Assembly (NCBI GenBank): GCA_021792255.1
Contig: JAJYUZ010000003.1
Span: 96,001-160,000, forward strand
Direction: 5' to 3'
Source: Thermoplasmata archaeon
GTDB taxonomy: Archaea; Thermoplasmatota; Thermoplasmata; Thermoplasmatales; GCA-001856825
Length of the DNA: 64,000 nt
Under the pieces are notes generated by a model, which saw only the letters and a list, made by a program, of their open reading frames with translations, had not been told where the DNA came from and ran no database searches. Positions 9,840 to 18,036 of the stretch are shown piece by piece; within the stretch, counting starts at the first letter, position 1; each line of letters opens with the position of its first letter. A program made the position numbers and the translations under genes.

Positions 9840-10649
9840 GTGCCTGAAACAATAATGGCTATAGAAGTCAAGAAATTAGAAGGATGGTTCGAAAAGCAGA
9901 AGCTGATGAAAATCCTGAAAAACGACTATGATAACTTCTATATGCTATTTGACCTGGACAATTTCAATTTCCTACTGGGAAACAGCTCCTTTCTCTATTC
10001 AAAGGTGAATAATGAGATCACAGGCGTTCTTCTAAACTACTACCATTCGTCTGGCTTCAAGGACATTTGGCTCTATGGGGACATTGAGTCGACCTCGAGC
10101 CTGCTCGGCTACGTGGATAAGAGTTCATCTGTCATCCACGTAAGGTTTAACGACAACCTCAAAATCTTTGACGGCTCGCCGAAGGTTTACAGAGAATACT
10201 GTATGGTGAACGAGAGACCTGCTGGTAATCGTGACGAAAACGTAAAGCTTCTCACACAGGACAAGTATGTCCAGTACTCAAAGCTGATTTCTCAATGGTC
10301 AAATACTCGTTTCAAGACGATGGAACAAGACGAGTATCGCAATCTCTTGAATTATAGCACAATCTATGGCTATTTTATAGACGGCGATCTGGTAAGTGTC
10401 GCCACTCTGGGAGCGGTATGGAAGGACTGGTTTGTCGTATCCTCTGTTTTCACTGATCCCAGCTGCAGAAACAAGGGATATGTCCAAAAATTAATCTCAT
10501 CGATGCTTGAGCATTACAGCAATCTGGACAAGGCAATTCTTTTCGTCAATAAGGAAAATGCACCTGCAGTCAAGGCTTATACGAACCTTGGTTTTCGTAT
10601 ATATTCGGAGGATCTGTGGGTCGATTATGCAACGGGACTCGTTCCTTGA
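9840..10649 (+). CDS. GNAT family N-acetyltransferase
   Basis: C-terminal VFTDPSCRNKGY and N.PAVKAYTNLGF GNAT motifs; start may be ATG 9855. Confidence 0.85.
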   Translation: MPETIMAIEVKKLEGWFEKQKLMKILKNDYDNFYMLFDLDNFNFLLGNSSFLYSKVNNEITGVLLNYYHSSGFKDIWLYGDIESTSSLLGYVDKSSSVIHVRFNDNLKIFDGSPKVYREYCMVNERPAGNRDENVKLLTQDKYVQYSKLISQWSNTRFKTMEQDEYRNLLNYSTIYGYFIDGDLVSVATLGAVWKDWFVVSSVFTDPSCRNKGYVQKLISSMLEHYSNLDKAILFVNKENAPAVKAYTNLGFRIYSEDLWVDYATGLVP

Positions 10650-10939
10650 CACTTGATCCTGAACTCGGTTACTGCCCATTGTCGTGCTTGAAGAAATATT
10701 CTACTTTGTGTCTTCCGCTAATGGCTGTACAATTTCTTCCACAGGAGTAGGATCACTGCACCGGGCTTGTGAATAGAAGTATGAAGAGATAGAAGATAGT
10801 TCATCGGTTAGGAACTTCTCCTCGCAAACCGGGCGGACATTCATTATCTTTTCAATCGAAGTTGCGTTGTAAAGTTGTTGTTCTTTTGCAAATTAATGGC
10901 AAGAAGAAAGTCAATATACTCTTAGCCAATTGAAGGCGA

Positions 10940-11024
10940 GCGGAGGTTGCCGAGCCAGGTCAAAGGTGACAGATTTAGGGTCTGTTCCCGCAGGGGTTCG
11001 CCGGTTCGAATCCGGCCCTCCGCA
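10940..11024 (+). tRNA. tRNA-Leu (anticodon TAG), intronless, CCA not encoded
   Basis: Acceptor GCGGAGG/CCTCCGC+A; anticodon arm ACAGA-TT TAG GG-TCTGT; long variable arm; T-arm CCGG-TTCGAAT-CCGG. Confidence 0.96.
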
Positions 11025-11428
11025 CTTTTCTGTGTCGTCATTATTATGTAGCTGATCTGCTAGGCCGAAAATTGTGACACTTTCCCCCATGAAAGCAAGG
11101 AGAATCCTGGACTATATACGACAAATCTCGGTGGCTGAAAGCTGTGTACCTCCTTTCATGTTATTATAAGGAGTGGCTAAATGACTGGAAGAGAAGAAGT
11201 CAGAAGTGATAGCAGAAAAAGGCGGGGAAGTAATTGGGAAAGTGGCACAGAAAGGTGTCGGATCGCATCTATCTTTTGTTGGCTTCGTACCTGGTCTTAA
11301 GTTGAATGGCATATCTGGCAATGTTCTGCGTGTTTAGGTGTCCAATAGAAATTTGGATCAACTTTTTGTATGAAAAATAAAACTGCAGTATCATGATTGA
11401 TACAAAGTGTCAATGAGTCAGACTCGAC

Positions 11429-12895
11429 TCACTGACCCTGCCCAAGAGAATAGCCTGGTACCCCATCAAATGTATAAAGACCCTCTGTTTTGATAGGTGG
11501 CAATCCCGAACCGACCAATTTTGAAAGAAGATCAATAAAATCCTCGTGCTTAATGGAAGCCTCACGACCGGATGCCTGAAAACGACATCTCCAGTGATCC
11601 ACGCAGAACGTTTCAGGTAAGCCACCTGGATAGACCTTTGTTCCTCTGTTTGTTATCATGATAAGCTTCAGATTGCCACTGGTAATTTTTTCAAGCTTTT
11701 TTCCAAGTTCGTTTGGGTCTCCATCCCAGTCCAGGAAAACATCCATTCCTACAAGTTCCTTCTTTTCCTTTGGCTTACTTTTCAGTACAACCTTAATCGG
11801 CTCAGATCTGGACGGGTAGTCAACGGGTTTGAGCACTGAAGGTTTCAATCCCAGCCTTTCAATCACTGCATCTCCAAATTCATTGGTGCCGACTTTCTTT
11901 TTTGATGTTTCCTGGTTGTATACGTCATATGTGTGTATTCCATCTTCGATTGTCTTTAGCCACGCATTATGAACTCTTGATGCAACATCCCCCTGGCCGA
12001 TGTGCACAAGCATTTGCACTGCTGCTAGGAGCAGTCCTGATGGGTTCGCAACGTTTTGTCCAGCCCGTCTTGGAGCAGAGCCATGTATTGCCTCGAACAT
12101 TGCTACATTATTGCCTATATTAGCACTGCCTGCCAGTCCTACTGAACCAGCTATCTGCGCAGCAACATCTGACAGAATATCACCATATAGGTTAGGAAGC
12201 ACTATCACATCGAAATCCTCTGGCTTATCCGCCAGTTTTGCTGCCCCAATGTCCACAATCCAGTGTTCGCTCTGAATATCTGGATATTCCTTTGCCACCT
12301 CATCGAAAACTTTGTGGAACAGACCGTCGGTCATCTTCATGATGTTATCCTTGGTGAAGCAGGTGACCTTGTGCCTGCCATATCTCTTGGCATACTCAAA
12401 GCCATATCTTATGAGCCTTTCCGATCCGGGTCTGGAAATAAGCTTCAGGCACTGCACAACATCTCCTGTCTGCCTGTGCTCAATCCCACCATACAGATCT
12501 TCCTCATTTTCCCTCACTATTACTACATCCATTTTCGGATGCTTGGTGCTCACGAAAGGATAATAAGAGGGGCAATGTCTCACATTTGCGTATAATCCAA
12601 GTGTCTTCCGTACGGTGACGTTCAGGCTCTTGTAACCGCCGCCTTCCGGGGTGGTTATGGGTGCCTTCAGGAATACGCGAGTCCTCCTAAGCGACTCCCA
12701 TGCGGATGGTTCTATTCCGGACGAGATACCTCTCTTGTATACCTCCTCGCCCACCTGAATTTCCTCAATCTTTAGCCTGGCCCCGGCAGCAGAAATTATC
12801 TTCAGCGTTGCCTTCATTATTTCTGGGCCAATGCCATCCCCATATGCGACTGTAATTGGAACTCCACTTCCAGAATCTTTTTCCCAGCTCATCAT
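11429..12895 (-). CDS. icd: Isocitrate dehydrogenase, NADP-dependent, long type with C-terminal extension
   Basis: GDGIGPEI, KAPITTPEGGGYKSLNV, KDNIMK, NLYGDILSD, FEAIHGSAP, plus C-terminal ITNRG..FCVDHWRCRF domain. Confidence 0.9.
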   Translation of the reverse strand: MMSWEKDSGSGVPITVAYGDGIGPEIMKATLKIISAAGARLKIEEIQVGEEVYKRGISSGIEPSAWESLRRTRVFLKAPITTPEGGGYKSLNVTVRKTLGLYANVRHCPSYYPFVSTKHPKMDVVIVRENEEDLYGGIEHRQTGDVVQCLKLISRPGSERLIRYGFEYAKRYGRHKVTCFTKDNIMKMTDGLFHKVFDEVAKEYPDIQSEHWIVDIGAAKLADKPEDFDVIVLPNLYGDILSDVAAQIAGSVGLAGSANIGNNVAMFEAIHGSAPRRAGQNVANPSGLLLAAVQMLVHIGQGDVASRVHNAWLKTIEDGIHTYDVYNQETSKKKVGTNEFGDAVIERLGLKPSVLKPVDYPSRSEPIKVVLKSKPKEKKELVGMDVFLDWDGDPNELGKKLEKITSGNLKLIMITNRGTKVYPGGLPETFCVDHWRCRFQASGREASIKHEDFIDLLSKLVGSGLPPIKTEGLYTFDGVPGYSLGQGQ

Positions 12896-13134
12896 TATAC
12901 CATATCATTCATCTAACTTGAAATTAATTGAACCAAATTCAGAGAACGAAATATCAATTTCTCAGATGATGGATATTCTGAAATTTAATAAATGACCGTT
13001 CTGATAAGGTGTTTCCCACCTATTTGTGCTTCCTGAGTTTTGAATCTTTACCTTCGGGTATCCGTCAACACATAATTGAATGAGACCGGTAACACATATA
13101 AAGGCAATGATGAAGAACGATAGACATTAATGTC

Positions 13135-13386
13135 GAATAATATGCTTCAAAAATCATGTCCGCGTTTTTGTAGCCTTATTGAAGTCCGGTTCAGCAACGA
13201 TATTTCCTTCAATCTTTTTCTCGTCATTGATCAATCCCTTGCTTTCGAGAAATTTTTAGTAAATCGAATGCCTGACTTTCAGACTTTAAAAGCAAATCTT
13301 TGGTCAAATCATTGAGAAACCTCCCGAATGCCCTTTGATGCCATAGTCGTCGCAAGCTCGGTTCCCATAACTCTAGCACCAATTAT
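13135..13386 (-). pseudogene. Decayed N-terminal remnant of a 3-hydroxyacyl-CoA dehydrogenase-like gene
   Basis: Across about three frameshifts it reads IIGARVMGTELATTMASKG / FLNDLTKDLLLKS / FLESKGLI / ADMIFEA, matching GAGxMG...G..V.L.D...AD..IEA; boundaries approximate. Confidence 0.6.
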
Positions 13387-13476
13387 CGAGGTCTAATTTA
13401 TTTCATTAGAAGAGACCATTATTTCACAATTTTTTATGTTTGTTCGTTATTAAACCTTTTCTTGGTCGATCGGAAC

Positions 13477-13695
13477 TCATAGGATCTCTAAAATCTCTCG
13501 AAGGTCATCAACAGTGTACGTAGGATCAACGTTAGTCGGCAAAGGTTCTTTGTATCTGTTTACCCAGATTGTTTTCAGACCCATTTCCGATGCGGGAATA
13601 ATGTCGTGGTAAATGCTCCCCGCAATGTGGATTACCGCTTTCGTGCTCAGACCATAAGTTCTTAACATCTCAAGCCAGTGTGCCTTTTGAGGTTT
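13477..13695 (-). pseudogene. HAD hydrolase (2-haloacid dehalogenase-like), 3' fragment after IS insertion
   Basis: KPQKAHW...IHIAGSIYHDIIPASEMGLKTIWVNR = HAD motifs III/IV; joins in frame with 14990-15424. Confidence 0.9.
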
Positions 13696-13880
13696 CTGAC
13701 ATCCTCTCCATCCTGAAGGGTTGGAGGTTCCTGATTCATAGAGTGGCAACTCGTAGACCTCCTTTTGAGAGTTCCGCCGCCGTAGCACTTTCCACAGGCG
13801 TGAATTCGGGAATGCCCTTCCCTACTTTTATCAGTCCGATATTACGGATGTTTATTGCTGCATTCAGGTCCCTGTCGATG
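13696..13880 (-). ncRNA. Predicted TnpB reRNA (omega RNA) scaffold; 5' boundary uncertain
   Basis: Inferred from the established overlap of reRNA with the tnpB 3' end and right end; RE hairpin CTCCA-A-CC-CTTCA-GG-A-TGGAG at 13706-13726. Confidence 0.55.
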
Positions 13881-14905
13881 ACAAGACCGCATGTATTGCA
13901 GTGATACGTTCTATCTGAAAGCTTCAGGTCATGTTTTATACTTCCGCACCTTGAACACATCTTCGATGACGGATCGAATCTCCCTATCTCTATCAGTTCC
14001 CCGTTTCTCCACTGCAATTTGTATTTCAGCATTGTCCTGAACTGATACCATCCCTGGTCCGTTATGCTCTTTGCGATGTGGTAATTTCTCTGCATGCCTT
14101 GAACGTTCAGGTCTTCAATCACAACTGTGCCGTAGTGCTTGGCTATCGCAGTCGATACCTTGTGGTTGAAGTCCGTCCGCATATCCCTGATGTGTTGGTA
14201 TATCCTCTTGACCCTTACGACTTGCTTCATCCTGTTTTCTGAGCCTTTTGTTTTCCTTGACAGTTTCTTCTGTTGTCTCTTCAGACTTTTCTCTTTCTTT
14301 CTGAGTGCATTCAGTGGTTCTACCTGCAACCCATCTGATGCCGTGATGAATGCCTTTACGCCCATGTCTATTCCTATTGTACCCTTCCCTCTTTCCGGAT
14401 TTTCTTTTGTTTCAAACTGTACTGATGCATAGTATCGGTCAACGTCCTTTGTCACAACAATCTGCTTGATCTTATCTGGAATCACGGATTCATCTCTGTA
14501 TTCAATACCTTCCATAAATTTTGGAATAACGAGCTTGCTTCCTTTATCTTTAAAACCAGACGGCACAATGAAATATTGATTGCCCTTCTTTGACCTGAAG
14601 TTGGGATAATCCGTATTCTTCCTGAAGAACGACTTGAATGCCTTGTCTAGTTCCACCAGAGAGTGCTGGAGGCTCTGTGAATTTATTTCGTTTAGCCATG
14701 TCGTCTTTTTCTTCAACTGTGTGAGCATCTTCATGGTGTCGAATGCATTCAGTCCCTTCTTCTTGTCACTTTTGTGTTCGGCATAATACTTGTTCCTGAT
14801 ATCAAGGAAATGGTTGTACACGAATCTACACGACCCTAAGTGCTTCTCAAGAAGAATTTTCTGTTGATTATTTGGATACAACCGCACTTTAAGGGTCTTT
14901 ATCAC
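13736..14905 (-). CDS. tnpB: RNA-guided endonuclease TnpB
   Basis: N-terminal HTH (RLYPN..Q...L...GSCRFVYN), RuvC GIDMG / VVIEDL / DRDLNAAINI, zinc finger CSRC..CNTC. Confidence 0.96.
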   Translation of the reverse strand: MIKTLKVRLYPNNQQKILLEKHLGSCRFVYNHFLDIRNKYYAEHKSDKKKGLNAFDTMKMLTQLKKKTTWLNEINSQSLQHSLVELDKAFKSFFRKNTDYPNFRSKKGNQYFIVPSGFKDKGSKLVIPKFMEGIEYRDESVIPDKIKQIVVTKDVDRYYASVQFETKENPERGKGTIGIDMGVKAFITASDGLQVEPLNALRKKEKSLKRQQKKLSRKTKGSENRMKQVVRVKRIYQHIRDMRTDFNHKVSTAIAKHYGTVVIEDLNVQGMQRNYHIAKSITDQGWYQFRTMLKYKLQWRNGELIEIGRFDPSSKMCSRCGSIKHDLKLSDRTYHCNTCGLVIDRDLNAAINIRNIGLIKVGKGIPEFTPVESATAAELSKGGLRVATL

Positions 14906-14989
14906 AATTTACACAATCCCTTCGTTTTGAATAAAGCTTTCACATTCATCCACCTCGCAAGCTCAGTGGCTTTCTCGCTCAAACATTTC

Positions 14990-15424
14990 ATAAGACCTTA
15001 CTTCCTCTGCAGTAATGGATCCGTCCACCTCAAGTTCGCTGTTTTCAATGGTTCTTTTGAGAAGAATTCTGTCAATATTTGAAAGAATTATAATTTGATA
15101 TCCTTTCTTCCCCAGCGATTTTAGCGTCAGCGAAGTGTCCTCAAAAGCTGGCCAAAGCGTTATACTATCTGCAAATCCATCAGCATCTTGTTTGGATGGG
15201 TCAAGACTGAGCTGATGCGCCATTTCCAAAAAAGTCGTCGCGAGTATTTGCCTGTAAGAGGAGTAGTTGTTCTCGAGTCTTGATTCGATCGCCACGTAGT
15301 TCTTGAATATGTCATATTTTCCTTGATCCCCAAACTTCGCAAAATTCTTGAAGTTATCCTCTATCCCTTTTTTCCAGTCTATCAAAGTTCCGTAACAATC
15401 GAAGGTCAGATATCTCAAGGTCAT
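14990..15424 (-). pseudogene. HAD hydrolase, 5' fragment before IS insertion
   Basis: TFDCYGTLIDW (motif I), ILSNID (motif II), ends TAEEVRSY at the IS junction. Confidence 0.9.
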
Positions 15425-15546
15425 TTCTTGGATTAGGATAATTGTACTCTATTTAAGAATCAATAGTTGGCAGATTGTGCTTTTTAAATTGAGTTGGTTT
15501 TTTTGCTGAAGATATGCTTAAATAAAACAATGCATCCATCTATTGA

Positions 15547-16554
15547 ATGGCAAGTGATCAGAGTAATTTCAAGGATCTGCTTTCGAAGAAGCCCCTCATA
15601 TTTACCGTCATTCCTCTGAGAGACAACAAGACGGGAGACGCAGTACGCGACGCTAAAATACTCAAGAATCTCGATAGCAGAAAGGAGGAGCTTGGAATAG
15701 CCCTCAGTTCTTTTTCCAGACTTAATGCTATTAGTGTTCCGGAACTCGTCGAAGAAAATCACGAGGGAAGACCGCGTTACAACAGCATATACACCAGAGC
15801 GCTTGCGAGAGGAACGGCTGACATTCTTCACATTGATGCTCTCGTCAACAAAGTCGTAGCACACATTGAAGACTATGAAAAATTTGTTGAGTGGATTAAA
15901 GAGACTCATTCCCTTGGGATCAGTAATTTAATTTTCGTAGGTGGAAATACCAGACATCACAGGTACCCTGGTCCAAGCGTTTCAGAAGCAAATGTCATCG
16001 GAAGAAGGCTGTGGAAGGAATTTCATCAGGAAGAGATTACGATCGGAAACATATCTCTCCCAGAGCGCAGAGACGAGGCGAAGAGGATGCTTTTCAAGAC
16101 TCTGGCAGGGGCAGAATTCTTTACAACTCAGCTCCTCTTTGACAGTGCACAGGAAGTCAACATCTTGACGGAATACTACAGACAATGCACGGTTGCAGGA
16201 GTCAAACCAGCGACGGTTCTTTTCAGCTTTGGCCCAGTCAGAAGCATCGCAGATCTTAACTTGCTTGATTTTCTCGCGGTGGAATTACCTGACAGGGCAA
16301 AGGACTACATCTTGGAAAATAATGATCTTTCCGAAGCGTCAAAACGTTCGACCTTTAATTCACTCAGGGTGTACAGTGAAATCCTATCTGCTATTGAAGA
16401 TCGGGGAATAAAGGTACCAATCGGAGTCAATGTCGAGCAATTGACAAAATCAAATCTCCAGTCGTCGCTTACGATGCTAGAAAATTTCGAAAAGGTAATT
16501 GACCTTTCTGGAGCAGAAGTGCTAGAACATCTAGAGAGAACGAGGGGCAACTAG
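15547..16554 (+). CDS. Methylenetetrahydrofolate reductase-like protein, probably mycobacterial type
   Basis: NLIFVGG, YPGPSVSEAN, GAEFFTTQLLFD fit the MTHFR barrel; VPELVEE..EGRP and LFSFGPV recall the Rv2172c-like family. Confidence 0.65.
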   Translation: MASDQSNFKDLLSKKPLIFTVIPLRDNKTGDAVRDAKILKNLDSRKEELGIALSSFSRLNAISVPELVEENHEGRPRYNSIYTRALARGTADILHIDALVNKVVAHIEDYEKFVEWIKETHSLGISNLIFVGGNTRHHRYPGPSVSEANVIGRRLWKEFHQEEITIGNISLPERRDEAKRMLFKTLAGAEFFTTQLLFDSAQEVNILTEYYRQCTVAGVKPATVLFSFGPVRSIADLNLLDFLAVELPDRAKDYILENNDLSEASKRSTFNSLRVYSEILSAIEDRGIKVPIGVNVEQLTKSNLQSSLTMLENFEKVIDLSGAEVLEHLERTRGN

Positions 16555-16567
16555 GTTCTTCTGTTTA

Positions 16568-16897
16568 CTAATATCTCTTACCTTGCTCATCGCCCAGGAT
16601 ATCATCTATTCGCGAGTTCATTCGGCACATTTCCACCGTTATCTTGAGACTCCTCAAATTTTCTTCCATTCGGGGATTTAGATGAACACAGATTACTTTA
16701 TTCACCTTATTGTCTGTTAACATCTTCAGTACACTTCCGTGTCCAGCCTGTTCGTTTGTCATCTTGTTGTGTGGGTTCTCGACCAAATTCTTCACAATCT
16801 GATTGTCATCCTCCAGTCTTGCAATCATGAAATCTCTAGATCTTCCAAAATGTTCACTGACGGTTACACCGTCGTCGGTAGGTATTCCAACTATCAA
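16568..16897 (-). CDS. NifB/NifX-family metal-cluster-binding protein
   Basis: IPTDDG.TVSEHFGRSRDF and VENP motifs; ~110 aa. Confidence 0.85.
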   Translation of the reverse strand: MIVGIPTDDGVTVSEHFGRSRDFMIARLEDDNQIVKNLVENPHNKMTNEQAGHGSVLKMLTDNKVNKVICVHLNPRMEENLRSLKITVEMCRMNSRIDDILGDEQGKRY

Positions 16898-17138
16898 CTT
16901 AGATCACCATTCGAATCGAGATCACTTATTCCGAGATTATCATTTCTGTATTTTGTCACAGAGTGCTGTGCAGGGATTGCTCATTTCCTGGTGTTTACAC
17001 CTTCAGTCTTCATAGGGATCCGTACTTCAACTGATAAGAGAATCAAACTTTCTGGCTTTATCTAACTTTCCCGATAATTGAAAGAACATTCTGCCGTATA
17101 GTGAGATAAATTTTTATAAAGTGGAATTCTCAGTTTTT

Positions 17139-17927
17139 ATGAGAGGTCTCGCTGGTAAAGTTGCAATAGTCACAGCGGCTAGTTCTGGTATCGGGAAGGG
17201 TATCGCGAAGGTTCTGGCTTCCGAAGGATGCGTTGTCCACATTTCTTCTAGAGATGAGGTAAAATTGAGGAAAAGTGCAGAAGAGATAATGAAAGAAACT
17301 GGAAAGGAGGTACATCTCAGTCCCTGCGATTTGACCAAACCATCCGACGTCAGGAAAATGCTTTCCGAGGTTAAGAGCAAGTCAGGAAGCGTAGACTTTT
17401 TGGTGATAAATTTTGGGGATCCGAAAGTCGCACCTTTCATGGACATAACCGAAGAAGACTGGGATTCCGCAATCAACATGTTCCTAAAGAGCACCGTGAT
17501 AATGACGAGGAGTATCCTTCCAGAAATGGCAAAGAAGGGAGAGGGAAGATTCGTTTTCATCACCTCTCTGACGACCAAGCAGGTTCTAGAAAATTTCGCC
17601 ATATCTGCTTCACTCAGAGCTGCCGTGGTCAGTCTCTCTAAAGTTCTTTCGATCGAGTACGCTCAAAAAGGCATTACCTTCAACAGTATTTCACAGGGGT
17701 ACATCCAAACTCCAAGATTGGAAAATATAGCAAAAAGGAATGCAGAGAAAATGAACATCTCTGTTGAACAAGCGTACGATGCTATACGACAGGGGATTCC
17801 CGCAAAAAGGTTTGGAAAACCTGAAGAGATAGGGTACCTAGTTTCGTTCCTCTGTTCGAGCGATTCGGCGTATATAAACGGAACAAACATACAGATTGAT
17901 GGAGGACTTGTCAAGTTTCCATTCTAA
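17139..17927 (+). CDS. SDR family oxidoreductase
   Basis: TAASSGIGKG, NSISQGYIQT, IPAKRFGKPEE, YINGTNIQIDGG; the YxxxK position reads SxxLR. Confidence 0.92.
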   Translation: MRGLAGKVAIVTAASSGIGKGIAKVLASEGCVVHISSRDEVKLRKSAEEIMKETGKEVHLSPCDLTKPSDVRKMLSEVKSKSGSVDFLVINFGDPKVAPFMDITEEDWDSAINMFLKSTVIMTRSILPEMAKKGEGRFVFITSLTTKQVLENFAISASLRAAVVSLSKVLSIEYAQKGITFNSISQGYIQTPRLENIAKRNAEKMNISVEQAYDAIRQGIPAKRFGKPEEIGYLVSFLCSSDSAYINGTNIQIDGGLVKFPF

Positions 17928-18036
17928 AGAAAGTTTGGAATTTTTAGAAGGAATGGTGTCAACAAGTTAATGCACCATTCACATTTTATCTCTCGTCAAG
18001 AGATAATATATATTTTTGAAAATACTATCATTAATC

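Larger units (their letters stand above)
13696..14989 (-). mobile_element. IS200/IS605-family (IS1341-type, tnpB-only) insertion sequence, 1294 bp
   Basis: Removal restores ...TCT TAT|AAA CCT (SYKP) of the HAD gene; no target duplication; subterminal hairpins at both ends; ends in TCAG; inserted 3' of TTAT; no tnpA. Confidence 0.92.

Noticed and set aside
11089-11337. Short broken reading frames just downstream of tRNA-Leu
   Set aside because: No recognisable family, integrase motif or attachment repeat
12961-13130. C/D-box-like words (ATGATGG..CTGA..CTGA; ATGATGA)
   Set aside because: Box spacing leaves guides too short, or no downstream D box follows
13477-13788. 103-aa ORF as an independent gene
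   Set aside because: Chimera of 31 IS right-end codons and the HAD 3' fragment
13736-14905. Cas12f/type V CRISPR effector or IStron
   Set aside because: No repeat-spacer array or cas genes seen; only 84 nt between the left end and tnpB, too short for a group I intron core
13693-14989. GAAA at both IS junctions as a target-site duplication
   Set aside because: Keeping one GAAA copy would frameshift the HAD gene; the in-frame SYKP join and GAAC/TCAG pairing support insertion without duplication
16568-16897. Nitrogen fixation inferred from the NifB/NifX-family gene
   Set aside because: No nifHDK in the window; the family is common in non-diazotrophic archaea
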